A DNA stretch of 64,000 nt from Tubiluchus corallicola. Its lineage: Eukaryota; Animalia; Priapulida. The translations under genes were made by a program, and so were the position numbers. The stretch lies in the NCBI GenBank assembly GCA_030141605.1, contig JAQGDQ010000002.1, positions 682,001-746,000 on the forward strand, written 5' to 3'. Numbering within the stretch: the stretch's first letter is position 1; each line of letters begins with the position of its first letter. The notes below the pieces were generated by a model. That model was not told the DNA's origin, did no database searches, and was given only the letters and a program-made list of their open reading frames with translations. Shown piece after piece: positions 13,326-28,861 of the stretch.

Positions 13326-16300
13326 TGCAATAAAATGGATTTCCTAGGTAATGAATCATGGAGAATCAGCAATAGCAAAATTATGATCTTAAGACAAAGA
13401 TCAAGTCAGCAAAGACTTTTTACAGTCAGCACTTGAAGTTTTGGTCTTAAGTTTATCACTCTGTCATAAGCACGGTCTAGTTATTATTATTTAAGTTCTT
13501 TGATAGATTAGAATTGCGATTCTTTCAATTTAGAAAATGCTAAAATAAGACCTTAACATGTAAATAGATTCATGGAGATTTTAATTGTATCTTAACTTGT
13601 TGATTTCACTTTCCTGGATCAATACATGCAAATAAGTACATTCAGTGTTTATCCCATTTTTGCAGAATTTGTCGCTTGACCACGTGATTTATCATTAACC
13701 TCAAATTTGATAGTCTCGTAAAAAATCCATTTCTCGCTCCATGCTGGAGGCCTGTTGCAGTACCTAAATAACACGTTCGCCCGCCTTCTTTACCTGCAAG
13801 ACGCTGTTCTGAGCACTTTTAGTTGTACTTGTATGATACAATTCTGAAGCACTTATTTTTGCACAGTTCAAGATTTTGCAAGCCAAACACCAGCAGGCTT
13901 ACTAATGTTGAATGATTAGACTGTGCCGGATGCCAGCTCATTATCAAAGGCAGTCCACTAAAATGAGTTACTCAACAGGCAAAGGTTTCTTAGTCACATC
14001 GGACTCTTCCCTCAAAGACAGAAGATGCCTATAGCAGTATGATAGGTGAAGCCACCCAGAAGTAGATTTTCTGGCAACTACAGCCATTCATTTTCTAACC
14101 AGACCCCACTCTGTTTCCCAGCGGGTGCCATATTCATGTGAGCACCATAGATACTCAGCTATATATTTGTACGCTTGCACAGTCCTCTTTGTACACTACA
14201 CTGACTTTCGGATTTTCGGATTTGTCCTAAAATTTGAGACTGAAGAAAGCGTGTGAAAGGCGTTCATATTTTGGTACCTGTATGGGCCTAATGTATATCT
14301 TTAGGCCGGAAATAAGCGATTCTTTGCGAATTTTATCCGTTTACTCAAAATAAATTTTGCTAATTACGCGTGGCAGATAATTTTGTGCAGTCATTATAGA
14401 TTTTCCTTAACAAATGAGGTTAGAGACGTGGGAATCAGCTTTTATTACATTTAGCGAGATTACTCAGTTCTTTTCTAATGTAACTTTTTACAAAATGCGT
14501 TAGGGCGTCATTTGCATGCTAAACTATAAGCTATTGATGAGATTCGCTGCAGAAAATTTAATTAATAAAGAATAATTCATCCTTTTACAGATTCTTTATT
14601 ATAGGCACCCTACAGGTAACAATTGTTATGACATTGTTGCTGCAATAGCAAGAAGGGCTGCACAAATTCGCAGTCGCAGTGGGATCAATTTAATTCAAAC
14701 ATATTTTTTGTCTCTCTTTCCTTAGCGATTTTAACATTAAGTACTTAATGAGCGTACGATTAAAATAGTATGATCTTCTCAGCCCGACCCCTGCAATTGA
14801 CAGTTTGGATGCACAGAAAATCTTTTTGCGTAGTGGAGAAGCCTGTAATTCTTCGCTTTTATTTAAGAACATTTGAGTTTTATTTCTGCTGGCTCTATCG
14901 TTTGCTGTGAATCTCAGTTGTCATAAAATTTTAACCGATTTTGAATTGAATATGAAAATCCGCTCATGTTAACTTTTAACAGAAAGGCAACAAATCAAAC
15001 ATCATCTAATTAATATTGCATAGTTATTAACAAGAACTGTAGTAGTCTAGGGTGACTTGAATACCGAGTCTGGTCAGTAAATGGAAGAGCAACCATTGTT
15101 CTGAATAATTTCATTCCCAATACTTCTCCTGGGAATTACTTTACACCTTTGTTTATATATAGCCTCGTTTTAGAGGATGTTCCTTGATAGGTTTCGGTCT
15201 CACGACATTAAACAGCTTGCCTTGAGTGCCATATTGCAGAATACTGAACTTTATAAACAGGTGTGTTTAACAAACTGTTCAACTGTGCAAGTAGTGAATT
15301 TGTGTTAGTTAACTACGCAACTAATTTATATGAAATAGCTGCTAGTGTTCGCCTGTCAAAAAAGTGATTATTATGGAAAGAATAAATGCTGAATAATCGC
15401 GTGATCGTGCCTTGCTTTATATTTTTAAACTTGCAAGAAATAATTGGATATAGGTATATGCATTAAGCCTTTTACTGCAAAATTCTAGTTGCTTGTGTAA
15501 CTTTCTTCATAGTTTAACCTACGTGATACAAAATGCTGGTGTATGGCAGCATTTTGGTGTATAAGCTGTAAACTGGTGATTGTATTTGCCAAAATAAACG
15601 TTCATGAATAAACAATAATACAATCTCACCCTGAACTTTCCAAGCTGTTCAAAGTTTAGGAAACTAATAGCAACGATATACGCATGTATACAGAAAGCAT
15701 TGCCTTTGCGAAATGGTTTTCATTTTCAATAAAATGCTCAAAACTAATTTCGGCAAAATATCACACTGCTACTTGCTTCTTTCCCTAGACGGTTTCCTTG
15801 ACTCATCTTGGTCTGGCAATCATATGCAGAAACATTTTGTGGAGAAATTTTGCAGCTTATAATGTATATTCCATGCTATCAAATGCAATATTATCCGCAA
15901 ATGTAGAAAATTCACCAAAAGGTTGAAGCGCTTCTTGCAGAAAAAACTTAGACATTGAATTCTACAAATTATCTACTCAAGAAATGAAAGCTGGTTGAAA
16001 AATGCGCTGCAGCGTGATAGAGAATGCAACATGTTATAGATGTTTGAGTCATAACGGTAATTTTCCGATAAAATATGTTACAAAGCCGTTCAGCGAAAAG
16101 TAAATTTACAAGTCAGTAAATTTCACCTATCATGAAATGAAATACCACACACAGTCATCCCATTTTCTGTTTTTTCTAAAGGGTTACTCGTTTTATTGGG
16201 TTTTTGTGCATTTCTACAGTTGACATCAATTAATGTTCACTTTTTTTTAGAATAATTAATCGAATCTACTCAAGCTATTCTATGGAAGAAGCTACTTCTT

Positions 16301-16350
16301 TTGCTCACTGATGCACAGGGATAATATAATTTCTTTTTAAAAATTTTCAG

Positions 16351-16687
16351 GTTACAGCGGGTTCTCGTAGTGTGCATAGTTTGGTTAGCCGCCATTGGAG
16401 TGGCCGCTGTCCAGTTGTACGTTGGCCGAGTAGAGGAAGCTTACAGTGATTACAATGATACCAGTTCAGACCTCATCTATCGAGACTGTAGAGAAATATG
16501 GGAAGAAGAATCAGACCGAAAGAACTACACTATTTTTATTTTGTGCGTAACATATCTCATTCCTCTCTTCATGTTGACAACCGTCTACATTGATATTGGT
16601 AGGATTCTAAGTCGTAGGGCTAAACCAGGCGGCATAGTTGATTCACTGTCTGAGACCGATCGGTGTCCGATGGATGCTAAACGAAAA
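16351..16687 (+). CDS. Neuropeptide GPCR (class A; tachykinin/RYamide-luqin/GPR83-like), exon encoding TM4-ECL2-TM5-ICL3
   Basis: Acceptor ttttcag and donor gtaagt. Encodes VCIVWLAA (TM4), CREIW (ECL2 Cys), YLIPL (TM5) and ends AKRK. The TM1-3 exons were not found in this window. Confidence 0.88.
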
Positions 16688-16909
16688 GTAAGTTTACCGC
16701 ATTATGGTCGTATTTTCGTCACCATGGTTTAAAACTTCAATATCATTCGTCATTATCGTAATCACTGTCAAAATCATCATCACCGGCATCATCAGCATCA
16801 TCGTCATCAGCAGCAGCATTAACATCATTATCAATATCATTTTCATCTTTCTTTTCTTTACGTCATGATAGTCATCATCAACATGTCAGTCAGTTTCAAC
16901 TATACACGC

Positions 16910-17186
16910 AGCAGGTCGAATGGCTGGCTGGCTGGTGATGGTGAATAGTTGTGACTGGACTGGAAACTTGCTCATTAGCAAAGATAATCCTCTGAGATGA
17001 CACATATGAACACACTGAATCGACACAAGTGTGCCTTAGCCACATCAAAATGTATGTATCCTCGCTGTGGTAGTCGGAAAATGCAACTATCCAGGAGCAG
17101 TTTTCCCCACAGTTACCCGTTCATTAATAACCACATTAAGCGTGTTGATAAGCATGTACCGTGACCACTGAGCTATCTCTCGCCCT
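16910..17186 (-). mobile_element. Probable tRNA-derived SINE remnant
   Basis: An A-box-like GATAGCTCAGTGGTC lies on the minus strand near 17163-17177. The other end adjoins an (ATC)n-rich tract. Confidence 0.3.
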
Positions 17187-20100
17187 AGTGCAGCACGACT
17201 GGATCAATTAATAACCCATAAATCGCCAATTATCTAACACATTTTTGCGCATGATCGCTAAATGTAAATCAAACTTTATTGAGTTTTTCTTCTTTTCTTT
17301 ATATTTTTATATTTCTTCTCTCTTTCTTTCGTTCTTTCTCTTTTCATTTTTCCATTATTTTAAAAATATACTGTTATTTTAAATGTAGAAGAATAAGTTT
17401 CTGCTATTGTCTTTTTTCGTTCTTTTTTTCCTATTTACTTGTTCTTGATAAGTATTAATCTTTTATTTGCTTGTTTGCTTGTCTCTTTCAATTCGTTTGT
17501 TTCAATTTACTTTTTGCAGTATGAACATAGGATGCATACTGTCAGTATGAACTGATTAACCGCAACGTAAATAATTTAGTTTATTTATCTTTCTGTCTCG
17601 CAACAGGAAAACTTTGTCATACATAATATAAATGCTGAAGAAGCCGAATCGGTGTATTAAATTAACTCATGAGTTTGGCAGAACACGTTTGGCACGTTTC
17701 ATTAAGGTCTCTGATTATGTCCTGCATGCATGGTCAGATTATGAAAGACCGTGATGCTACATATTGCGTATAATGAGACCAAGCGTGTGTTTATCCTACA
17801 CAACAGTTAATCTTTCAGTTTTCCATAATAAGACACTCACGTAGCTATATATGGATTAAGATGGATAAAGACTGGCTTTTCCACACGAGGTGTAAGGACA
17901 CGCGTCCGTCAGTGATGGGCTTCATTATTTAAATTGCCGTGTAGAACTGAGAATAATGGTAATTATGACTGGGTTTCTCGTTGACGTTCACATCCGTTCG
18001 TTGGCGCAATTGTGCTACATTATCCTTAGTAGTGCAGCGCTTATTATCTTTTCGCCTAAGAAATGTTTATTACTCAAGAGAAGCCACACTCATCCCTCAG
18101 TAATGGTAGCGCAACATATTATAACCTTATAAATTACCAGAATGTGGCACTCATTAGGAAAAGATGATGAGTAGGTATTATTGTTGGAGCATAAGTTACA
18201 ATCAGTAAGTCTAAGCTTACTACCGTCTTTATTATTATTATCATCCCAGGAGTAACTTATTTATAGATCATTTGCCAAAATGTATTTAAAGGTGCTAGTA
18301 ATATGAACAGTATCAGTTCATCAGCATGCTAGCAAAATATTCTTTGGGGATGTCCACAACTACTACGACTACTCCACCTATTGGACTATTTATTTACGTG
18401 TTTTAAATGTTACTGCTTATGTAGAAATCAATATACATCGCATAAAATCATCTGCTGATTAGTGTAATTATGTGTGAAACGCTTAAACACAAATTAGAAA
18501 TCGACTTTTTAGGTGAAATGCTATAAATTTTATTTTTTTTTCAGTAGATTAATAAAAAAAATGTTTTTCCAGTTTATTAACAGGAATTTAACTAAACGAG
18601 AAAAACTGATTTTCTAACATTTTAAATAACGTTATGGACAAGTTTTTAATTCGGGTTTAAAGAATTTGAAAGTTGGTAAGCTGGTTTTCATCATAGTTAA
18701 AACAGCGGAGTATTTTCAGCAGGTTTCACTTTTCAATGGTAAAACTGAAACCCTTCAATTACTGCAACAGTGTCCTTACACCACTGATGTCCTTTTACAT
18801 ATTGATTTCTGTCTGTCAAAAGTAATAAAAACGAATGAGTTAACGCTCAATATAAAACACGTAGATAATGTAATTTGTGCTTTTTGAGAAAGTGAAGATA
18901 GCCTGTGCTGTAAGCAGTTTTAATGACCAGCTTTGTTTCCACTTTGCCAGCCCTTTACCGTTTTGTTTTACGGTATTTTGTAAAGAGCACTTAGTTTATT
19001 TAATTATTTTAGTTCTAGATACACTGATAATAAAGATTTTTATCGGAAAAATGGTCATAATGATACAGCCTTTTACTTACTCCGACAATTGTAATCAGTG
19101 CGTGGGAAGAGCATAGTCGCTTTTGTACGTGTGTCTAACCGCACAAAAAAATTAATCAGATGTAATCATCTAACTCAGCACAGGGATAGATCTGGGCAAG
19201 ATTCGGAAACCCGTTGCTTTTCGATTTAAATGGTCAAAACTCAAGGTCACAAAGTCAAAATATATCGAAATCAAATTTATGACCGTTATACTTCATGTAA
19301 GAACATATAAGTCTCCATATGTGCTGAGTTTTCATACACCTTGAATAACAACTGATGATTGGCTTAGTTTGAATGTAGTTTATTTGTTAGTACTAGAAGT
19401 TTTACAACTTATATTATGCATCTTATTACAATATATTTCATTTTACAGTATCATTTTACGGTTGTTTTACAGAAAAGTTAATTAATAATGTTAATTATTT
19501 GTACAACTGTTTCAAAACAAATTTACCAATATTGCAATTCGACCATTATTAAAAATCAAAAACAACAGTTATCACATCCAACAGAAATTGAAACTGTAAA
19601 AAATAACAGTAAAACAATACAATGAAATCATTGTTTTCAAAAGTAATCTGGCAGTAATTTCCATCTACGTTGCCCTGAATATATGCTGCCTTCAGAGAGA
19701 AAGTATGCCCACGGGAACTTTAATATAGCTGATATGACTTCTTTCCTGTTTGCTTTTCCCGAAACATTGCCAATACAGTGCCTCTATTTGCTTTTACTGG
19801 ATGCGAATGCGTGAAGAAAATGCATTCGGCTGTCAGTTTCCATTAACTGACGTGTTTTAGTAGCAATAATAAATGTTTATCTCCGCAGGATACAGAAATT
19901 ATAAAAAATATTGTACCCAAGTACTAAAAATGTTCCATTTTTGTAACACTCGCATTACAGCTATTTAATCAAAGAGACGGTCACCAGAAGTTCTAGTTTG
20001 CTCTTCAAATCGACGAGACGAACGTGACAAGATTTGCCAAACTAATGAACCAAGACGTACGTGGACTACCCCATGCTACACGCCTTTAGTGAAGATTGAC

Positions 20101-21117
20101 AAACAAAATTCAGTTTCTGCTCCAGCTTTTACTTAGATAATACAGCATGCTAGGCAAACAAATGGCAGGTTTTATTAATGTAGTAGTAGAAGTAGTGATT
20201 TGTTGACGATAAAATTAGTATTTACATTCTTTGACAGGGATAGGAGAATATATTTCATAGTCCAAAATTTTCTCCTTTTCAGAAAACAGCAAAATATTGC
20301 AAATGTTGAAAAAAATTCACAATAACAAATTTTCATTCTGTGTCTGTAAAAAATATATGAAGATATGATAATGACTGAACTAAAACTAGAAGATGATTTA
20401 ACAATTAGACAGAGACAATGAACATGTGCTTACAGAATTTTACGGAATTGTAACACTTCATTATGGTACTTGCAGACATTGGTGTGTTTTCTTATTCATA
20501 CGCTTTTAAAATATTAAATCAGGTCTCAAATACTAAATTGGAATTCATAATTGACGTTGAGGATGTAAAGTCTACATTGCTGGATCTTCTTCTAGTTTCA
20601 GCTCTTAAATGACAGGCCATAAATCGTGCTTTTCAGTTTAGATTTCTCCACAATTACAGTCTTTTTTCTTCTATCTGTGTTATGCCATCTATCAGTTTCG
20701 ACTTTCAAATAGTCTCAATCGCGTACAGGCAATGCGGTACATCTGTGTAATCATTGTCACTGGTTTCTTTTTTATCATCACAGTCATTGTTGTCATGATG
20801 TCAGCAGCGGTCATGGTTCACGTTCTTGAAAACCAACAACTTACTACAACTGTTACAGTGATCATCATCCAATCAATCGTGATATGTTCTTGTTTTTGTT
20901 GTTGTTGCTGCAGTAGCTTTTATTACAATGGCATACCACGTGACTATTTGCTGTTTTCTACACTGCGTCCTGATTTATATGTTTCATTTATATGTATCAG
21001 AATTCTGCCTGCCCAATATCTACATTAGACGTAACGGGTATTTAATGCTGCTGCTGCTGCTAAAAAGACAAAGACAAAGACAACATTTATTTACAGTTGC
21101 TCGTTTAACAGGAATCC

Positions 21118-21485
21118 AGGTAATAAGGTCACAGGTAAAAAAGTTTCAAGAAAAAAAGAAATAACTTTAACCTTAACCCTAAGTTATTGAACAAAACTTG
21201 ATTTTTTTGTATACATATAATGCCATCATAACTTATACAAACAAGTCATGTACTGCCTGTTATTACCTGATTTAAAATATATTCTGTTTTATTACTTTAA
21301 TTGTTGATGGCACTTAACTGCTTGTGACTGACTTGAATATTTTTGTTTTAATACCTGATTTGCTTTCCGAGCCAGAATTGTGATTTTTTTCCGGCCACCA
21401 TAAATTAGCTGTGATTTTCTTTCTGTGGCTTTTTTCCTAGCCATGGTTGTAATTTTTGTGACTTTTTCCTATGACTTTATTACCT
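21118..21485. mobile_element. MITE-like element with ~26 bp imperfect TIRs
   Basis: AGGTAATAAGGTCACAGGTAAAAAAGT at the left end matches the reverse complement of the right end, AGGTAATAAAGTCATAGGAAAAAGT. Confidence 0.55.
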
Positions 21486-21545
21486 ATCACACGGGTAGGA
21501 CTCAACACATAAACAACGAATAACATGTATATATTGTGTATTTTT

Positions 21546-21625
21546 GGGGATGGCAGCCGCTAGACTCGAACTGAAGACTGCATGGTTGCAGTCGGAAGTC
21601 TAGACCACTCAGCCACCCAACCAAG
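21546..21625 (-). mobile_element. tRNA-like SINE head or tRNA pseudogene
   Basis: The minus strand has A box TGGCTGAGTGG and B box GTTCGAGTC at tRNA spacing, but the anticodon stem does not pair. Confidence 0.5.
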
Positions 21626-24600
21626 GACTGTTGCTGTTGGTTGGTGCTGTTATTGTTGTTATTGCTGTTGTTTCATAATTCTGTTGTTATTGTCGGCGTC
21701 GGCGTCGCTGTCGATGCTGCTATTTTGCTACTGCTGCTGCTGCTGTTGCTGTTGTTACTTTTTTATGAAGTTTCGCAAATGTAAGCCGGATAAAGTACTT
21801 ATTACTTGTTACCGTTGGTGCTTGTGGCAGTACCGGTATGCATATCATTATTAGAGATAATCCTCCAAGATAAGACTAAATTGGCAGAGGTATTATAACC
21901 ATGTTCGGCCGTAGGCTATGATACTAAGAACGATTTCCTAGGGAACACCAGTCCTTCAGCTAATCAGCCCAACATTGCTTAAAAGAAAGCCGGGCGATTG
22001 TGTCAACATCACTTCAGAACAAAGAATGCTCTAAAATATTGAAAACTATAATAACTTTTTTGAATCAATGTTTAGGTTAAATAATAATTACCTCGGATAC
22101 TCAAATTGCGTTAAACTTTCAAAGCTACGCGCGGCTCCGTGAATCTACTAAGATTGGCAACGGCACCTTTTTGTCACATGCGCGTGGCCGACAAATAATC
22201 ACGATCATACACTGCTGTGTTAGTTTCTGACGTCATATGGCGTAGAGCCCATTTTCTTGACATCGTGCATTTAAGCATTACTGTAAAACTTACGCAAACG
22301 TTCTTGAAGCGGAGGGGAAGATGCCTGCCATTGCACAAACTGTGATTAGTTTCGGAAGTGGTGCTCAATAAGCCACTGGATTAACTGCTGTGTTTACCTG
22401 TCTTAAGGACAGATTTCTTTTATTTCTGCCCGCCCAATGTCTACAATAGACGTAATGGGCATATGACGATGACGACGACATAAGCAATAGCTGTGTTCGG
22501 TTGCCGTTAATTCACCTTCTAAGCTAATTACTCAAATATAAGAAACAATTGCTAACTTTTATAGGCAAGAAAACGTATATTTTGGACAGTAAATTAAAAT
22601 GAGATTGAGTCTGAACAAACATCAGGTTTTTCTTTAAATTTAGCGGAAAAATTGTTGTTGTTGTTACTTTGCACTGTTTTAGTTCTTATCGGCCGTTGAC
22701 GTGCACCAATGAACCAGCAGCATGTGCTAACAAAACTCTCACCCTCGTGTGGAACCAAACAACGTCAGCTTTGCTCAACTACAGTGTCGACCCCATGCAC
22801 ACACCAGTACAAGAATAGATAAACCCTTTGCTCATGCACTTAAAACTTCACGTCTACTTTTGCTTAAGTTTGTTTCGCATTCTGTTTAGTTATTAACGTA
22901 ACTTATTTGCTGTAAATAAGGCAAACGAATGAGAACCTTTGACGTGCAGTTTTTCTGGCCAGCTGTGTCCAAGTTTCTGAAACTTGTGTCCATGTGTTTT
23001 AAAAGCCATCTAGAATCGCACTGGCAGAAGTAATTTAAAATGCGCATTAAGTCGCTGCGGTGGTTACAAATCACTGAAGGTAACTCGATTTGCCAGGGAG
23101 TGAAATTAGTTGCACATATTATTCTACTTACCAGCGTGGTTTCGTCTCGCCCGTAGTGGCTATTATCTAGGTTTTCAGACTATTATTTGGCGCAATTTCT
23201 GCGTCTAGGCCCAGAAATGTTGCGTAGAACAAAATTCTATTTAGGTATCGATTTTTTGTCCTACAAATTGGTATTTGCTTGTGTAGAAACGCCAGCTAAT
23301 AACTCTGTTAAATTATATTTTATAAGCCATAATGAACGCTGCGTGTCATTGAACAATGGTGGGTGTACCCACAATGCAATGTCAGACATGATGGCGGTGG
23401 TACAGTTTCACTGATACAAGTACAATGATACTTTGAGAGAAAAACACTTTTATTCATCTCACCGTGTCCAAACCAGTCCTCATGGCTGGATTACTTCGTT
23501 ACCTTACATCAAATACATAATACAGAAGTATTTATGATGTCAGTTCAATACGGTGCAAGTATCTACGACCAATTCCTTATTAGTTTTTCGCTGAATGTTG
23601 GGGACATATTTCACAGTAATTACACTATTTACATGCCTTCTACCAATTCACCGAATACGTGTGCATAACCTGACTGCCCCTCTGCACAACACAGAGAGTC
23701 TATAAGTAAACTCTGCAGTGATTTGATTCTTACGTTAAACGACGCTGCCAGCCAAAGCATTCCTCAAAACAATTTAGTAGAAATAGCAAAAAATGTAGTG
23801 GCGTTGCGTGGAAAGAATTCTGCAAAAAATATGATTTTTCAAGAAACATATTTATCCAAATAAAAGAACTATTATCTGGCCCAGATAATATATTTCCTGA
23901 AAACATCATGATATTATATGTCTACGCAACTCTAAACAGTGTTTAAATCTGTGTTAAAATATCTTTGTCACGTGCTTTCTAATACCTAATGATTTTTCTG
24001 ACCACTTAGACATGAATAACCACAATCGTTTGCTAACTCTAATATGTTATTAACTAAATTTAACTCTTCAAAAAAATGTTAAATCAATGCTATTTCGCTC
24101 ATTCTATAAGAACATATATTGTAATAACTTATGAGCTAATTTCAAAGTATGCAGCTTAATCAAGATAGGCGCCATGTACAATACTGCTCTTCACTGGTGT
24201 TTTACATGTTATGCTTACCATAACATGGGGTATGCCATCTTCTGCAAGCGTCCTGCTCATCTTCTGTGCGCAGAGTTTTCAAGTGCTGTTGCGCCACTAT
24301 GCTTATAGTTTCAGAACATGAATCATTGGGACTGCAAATCCGTTGTAAGTCATGCGCTATCAAACTGACGCACGATTTTATAGCAGAATATTCAGGAGAT
24401 GATTTGATTTATTAATGTAGTAACCGCTGGTTCTTAACTGATACCTTGTAATTTAAAATTCTGTATTATAATTTTATTATATGATCTTGTATATATTTGT
24501 AGCTCGTTTAATAGTACCTATCATAGTTCTCTAGTGTTTCTTGGTTTTTAGTGTAGATTTTAACTTCTATGTAGCATTTTACGTGCTGAAATAAACTTTG

Positions 24601-26696
24601 TAAATGATAAATAAAATATGTATATAGTCCTGGTAAAACTAAATAATAAATCAAGTATTGGACTCCTGGCAACTCCTGTATTGAAAACTCAACGTACACG
24701 TGAGGAAATAAAAATCGGAACCGCAACCCAAGGTGTAAAACAGAATTGCACAATAGTAGTCAAAAAACTTTGCACAATTTATCATAATATTATAGTAAAT
24801 GCACAGTTTAGCGTATGCCTGAATCACCCATAGGGTCCTTAAAACAGAATTACACAGCTTATCGTACAGGATTCGAAAAAAAATCTTTAAACGAATTCAC
24901 TATAAAACTTATATGTTAGTTAGTAATCTGAGATGAGATAATTAGTGGTTAATTAATCACACCGCTCTCTATAAATACAGAAACACGTTAAATAAGTGTG
25001 GATAATGAAACTAAAAGCTTCAATTCGTTGATTTGCATTTTCGAGACTTCTTACAGCAAACAGTTACATTGTGGCAGCTTTTCTAATTTACTGCTCTAAT
25101 AGTCTCACTAATCACTCAGAGCAGACATTAATGCATTACAGTAACAAACGCTTGCGAATACCTAACGTCTTTTTTCTACTTTAGAAAAAGGCGAGAACGT
25201 GTCAGTTTCGTTCTGACAAACATTTCTGTCGGCTGTCCGTTTTTTCTTTTAGGCATTAATTTTCATGTTTTTTCAACAAAATTAACATGCTGTTAGTGCT
25301 GTTGGAAATTCTCAGCTTGCTCTTATTCAAATCTACAACATTCTGTTGCAGCACTCTTCAAAAACATACCAGATTTTACTAGCAGAAATCTTTGAGACAG
25401 TTAGAAAATTTATCGCAAAAAATCCCGAGCGCCAAGGCTTGCAAAAATAAATTCAGCGTTAATGTTATATAGCCCTACTACCTGAAATTAATTATTCACT
25501 CAGCTTTAATTATTTAACTAAGTTAATTAAAGGGTTGCTACACGTTTTTTATTCTGAACTAAGGACATCTTAACTAATCTTACCAAAATGAGTTCAACTT
25601 TATAATGCCTATGAAGCTTGAAAAACTGTGACGGACAGAGTGAGTGAGTGAAGGAATGAAGGAATCACAATTTTTTTCTAGGACCCATACTGACGCTTGG
25701 AAAATTAATTACTCTGTGAAAATTGCGCGATACGTATCTCGCACTCAAATGCTCTTAAATTTCTAGAACGGCAAGAGATGCTTGAAGATAAAAAGGGATT
25801 ATAGCATGTTTGTGGTAAATACATTTTTTTATTAGAAAATGTGTATACATTATATACAAGAACAGCAGATCTTGTAAAGAAACATGTAAGTGATACAAGC
25901 GTATAATAAATCTCCGTTCTGAAAATTTCAGTTTGCCAAGTGGTAATAGTATTAAAGTGGGCTATAAAACTACTCCTGGATTAAAATGTCGATCCTTAAC
26001 AAATTTTCAATGCGTTTACTTAAAGTGTTAACGAGAAAATGCAGCAGAAAAATCTGCAAGTTGAAAGACAGTGCCGCGTTTTTCTTGTCAGAAGGCTGTG
26101 CAGGACTAAGAGAATTAAGTATTACCGCTAATTGAACAAAACTTTAATCTGATTAGTTGTGATTCGTAGAATCAGATCTAACATAATAATTTAACAAAGG
26201 AATAAAGAAATTAACGAGCAAGCAAACGAACAAGTAACGAAATAAAAAGTATAACCAAATAGAAAAGTCAACACAACATGAAAATTAAGCCTGTCTGCTT
26301 GACTTATCTCATTCAGCTTCCTGGGCTCCATTTTAAGTAATTATTGTAATAATTAAAACCGATTATGGCAGGCTAATACTTCAAATTCGGCTGTATACCT
26401 TCGCTTATACTTCAGATTGCAAACAGCCACGTTACTGCACGGTTAGTCGATTCCTTTATTGGCTCCACAGCGTAACTGGAATACCCAGAAGTGATTGGCT
26501 TTGATAGACTCGCGATACGATTACAGCACTAGTATATAGCTTTCGCTGGAAAGCCAGCAGTCCAGCAGCTAGCTAGGCAGTATATTCTCACCTCAAATTT
26601 TCCAGCACCACTTCTCAGACGGGAAAATCATCACGAGATATACCTAATCACCAATTTGTCATCCGCCACTGAGCTGAGCATCCGATATATGCCTCT

Positions 26697-26904
26697 TACC
26701 GTGTAGTGCATGTCTCGACAAAAAATGGTTTGCAAATACAAAATGGCGAAAAGGGTGTCTAAACTCTTTTATGCTAATGAGTATTTATTATGCGCTAATG
26801 TACCGTGTAGTGCATGTCTCAACGAAAATGGTTTGCAAATACAAAATGGCGAAAAGGGTTTATAAACTCTCGTGCTCCTCAGTATTTATTATGTGCTAAT
26901 GTAC
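26697..26904. repeat. Tandem duplication, 2 x ~104 bp
   Basis: TACCGTGTAGTGCATGTCTC..TGGTTTGCAAATACAAAATGGCGAAAAGGGT..AGTATTTATTATG starts at both 26697 and 26801. Confidence 0.9.
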
Positions 26905-27663
26905 TCAGCTACATTTTATTCGCAGACCTGTTCGTATCTTTAACACAGACATTAAGTGTTTCATTACTAATTACTTTATTTGTGCTTTGCCTTTGTATTT
27001 TGATTAGTCATTCTAATTAGTTTGAAATCGTCTTTATTTCAGAGTCGATTTATGTTTGCAATATTAATTATATCACAAAATTAAATTGTAAGTATAAAAT
27101 TCTGTTTATAGTTCATAACAGGTCAGAATCTGCTAATATGGACAGTCTCTTTTATTATTAAATCCAATTTAGCTTTTGCTTTATCAGTAAAGGTGAATAC
27201 GTCCTCCATTATTCGCAGACTATAAAGATGAGAGTGGACAATGTTGTGCCAACTTCTAGACAGCTGATATCCACATATCATTTAGGTATGCTCACAAAAC
27301 ATGTCATTTGAGAAGTATTCAGGACTCATCCTTTGGCCAGTGCAGATACCCTTGAATAACTGGTTTCGCGTGGTATTTGGCTCACATGGGCGTTCCAACT
27401 TCCATTTCAAGCAAAATATGAAAACAAAAAAATCCTACTTACTCTCACAAAATCAAAAATTGCCGGAAAAAAATTGATTTATTGATTTATGAATGTTTTT
27501 TAATTCGTTAAATTTATTTTCATTCTTCAGTTAAAAATTGGAACATTTTATGTATAGTAAATGGCAGGTAAATGAAGTACATAATTCAATGAAATAATTA
27601 GGTAGCAAGAAAATATTTCAAATTCTTTTTAATATTACTACAGTATATATATTTACAATTTGT

Positions 27664-27694
<31 letters not shown>

Positions 27695-28820
27695 CTTCAG
27701 TTTATATACAGTTAATATGTATTTACAGCTTTACAGCACTGCATAATACTAATTTAATACTCAGCTTGGGATGGCTGATTCGATAACTGTGTTTTCCACT
27801 ACCCGTTCCCATTTGTTTGGGTTTTTTCACTTATACTTATTTTCTATGTCTTTTGTTGAGATAAAAAATTAATGATTTGATTGATTTGTGCGCCGAATTA
27901 TATGAAAACAAGCAATTGGATATAAAAAACTTCCGTACTCAGTGTTATAAAGTTTTAAAATACACATATTACAACTTTAGTATCAAAACTTTAATGTAAC
28001 TTCAGTTGGAACTGGCAGTTTGCGGCAAATGTTTTACTACGTTAATGAGGAAACCAATAATGGGTGGCGATTGGCTGTTAACGATAAAATGTTCGCATTG
28101 CGAGAGAAATGTAATTAATTTATTCGTAAAATTTTGTAATTCGAAATTCAAAAGAAATTAGCCTTTGAGTTATAAATTCATCCCAATTTATTTCTTACCA
28201 CACAGAGACATTCTATTAAATTTTTATTTCTTATTGGCGCTGTTAATAGCCCGTTAGAGAGCAAATTAGTAATTACTGAAAATTTGAATTTCCCCAGATA
28301 TCGTAAATAGCCTTTACTGTAACAATAGTTCCGTGTAATTTAATGATGACAAAACTGTGTCGTAAAAATAATGGAACTGAATCTATTACTATGACGCACT
28401 CTAATTAGTGATAGACTTGCATATTACTTTTCCCATACTAAATAGGGGAATTCAGGATCGAGCTTGTCAGAAACCTCCATCCAGAACTTTTCTCAAATCC
28501 CCATCCCTGCATATAAATGTGACTAATTTATTTTGCTAGGTCACACCGAGACTCAAACACACGGTGGGTGTAATTTGCCAATACAGTTGGAACAATAATA
28601 GGGAAAATATGTAAAAGCATGAGACCGTCTAACGAAAATATTGTCTCACTGTCTCAATTGTCTCACACAATTTTATTCTTTAAACCAGCCACGAAGTCCA
28701 TAAAAACATATATATAAAAAGGGCACACACAAATTAAACTAAAATAATTCAGTGATATGAAACTAAATAATTAAAATGTGTGATAAAAACCAATTAAAAG
28801 GTGCAGAAAATGGCATATAC

Positions 28821-28861
<41 letters not shown>

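Noticed and set aside
1-16350. Search for the upstream GPCR exons (TM1-TM3, DRY motif)
   Set aside because: No convincing exon was found by eye. They are probably upstream of the window or were missed.
21546-21625. Possible functional tRNA-Cys on the minus strand
   Set aside because: The anticodon stem does not pair, so it is treated as a SINE head or pseudogene.
20732-21854. Cys-rich and hydrophobic ORFs from the ORF track
   Set aside because: They are translations of (TGT/TGC/ATC)n microsatellite-like tracts, with no splice or homology support.
26697-26904. Repeat pair considered as a CRISPR-like or functional array
   Set aside because: Only two full-length tandem units with no unique spacers, in a eukaryotic intron. 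It is an ordinary local duplication.
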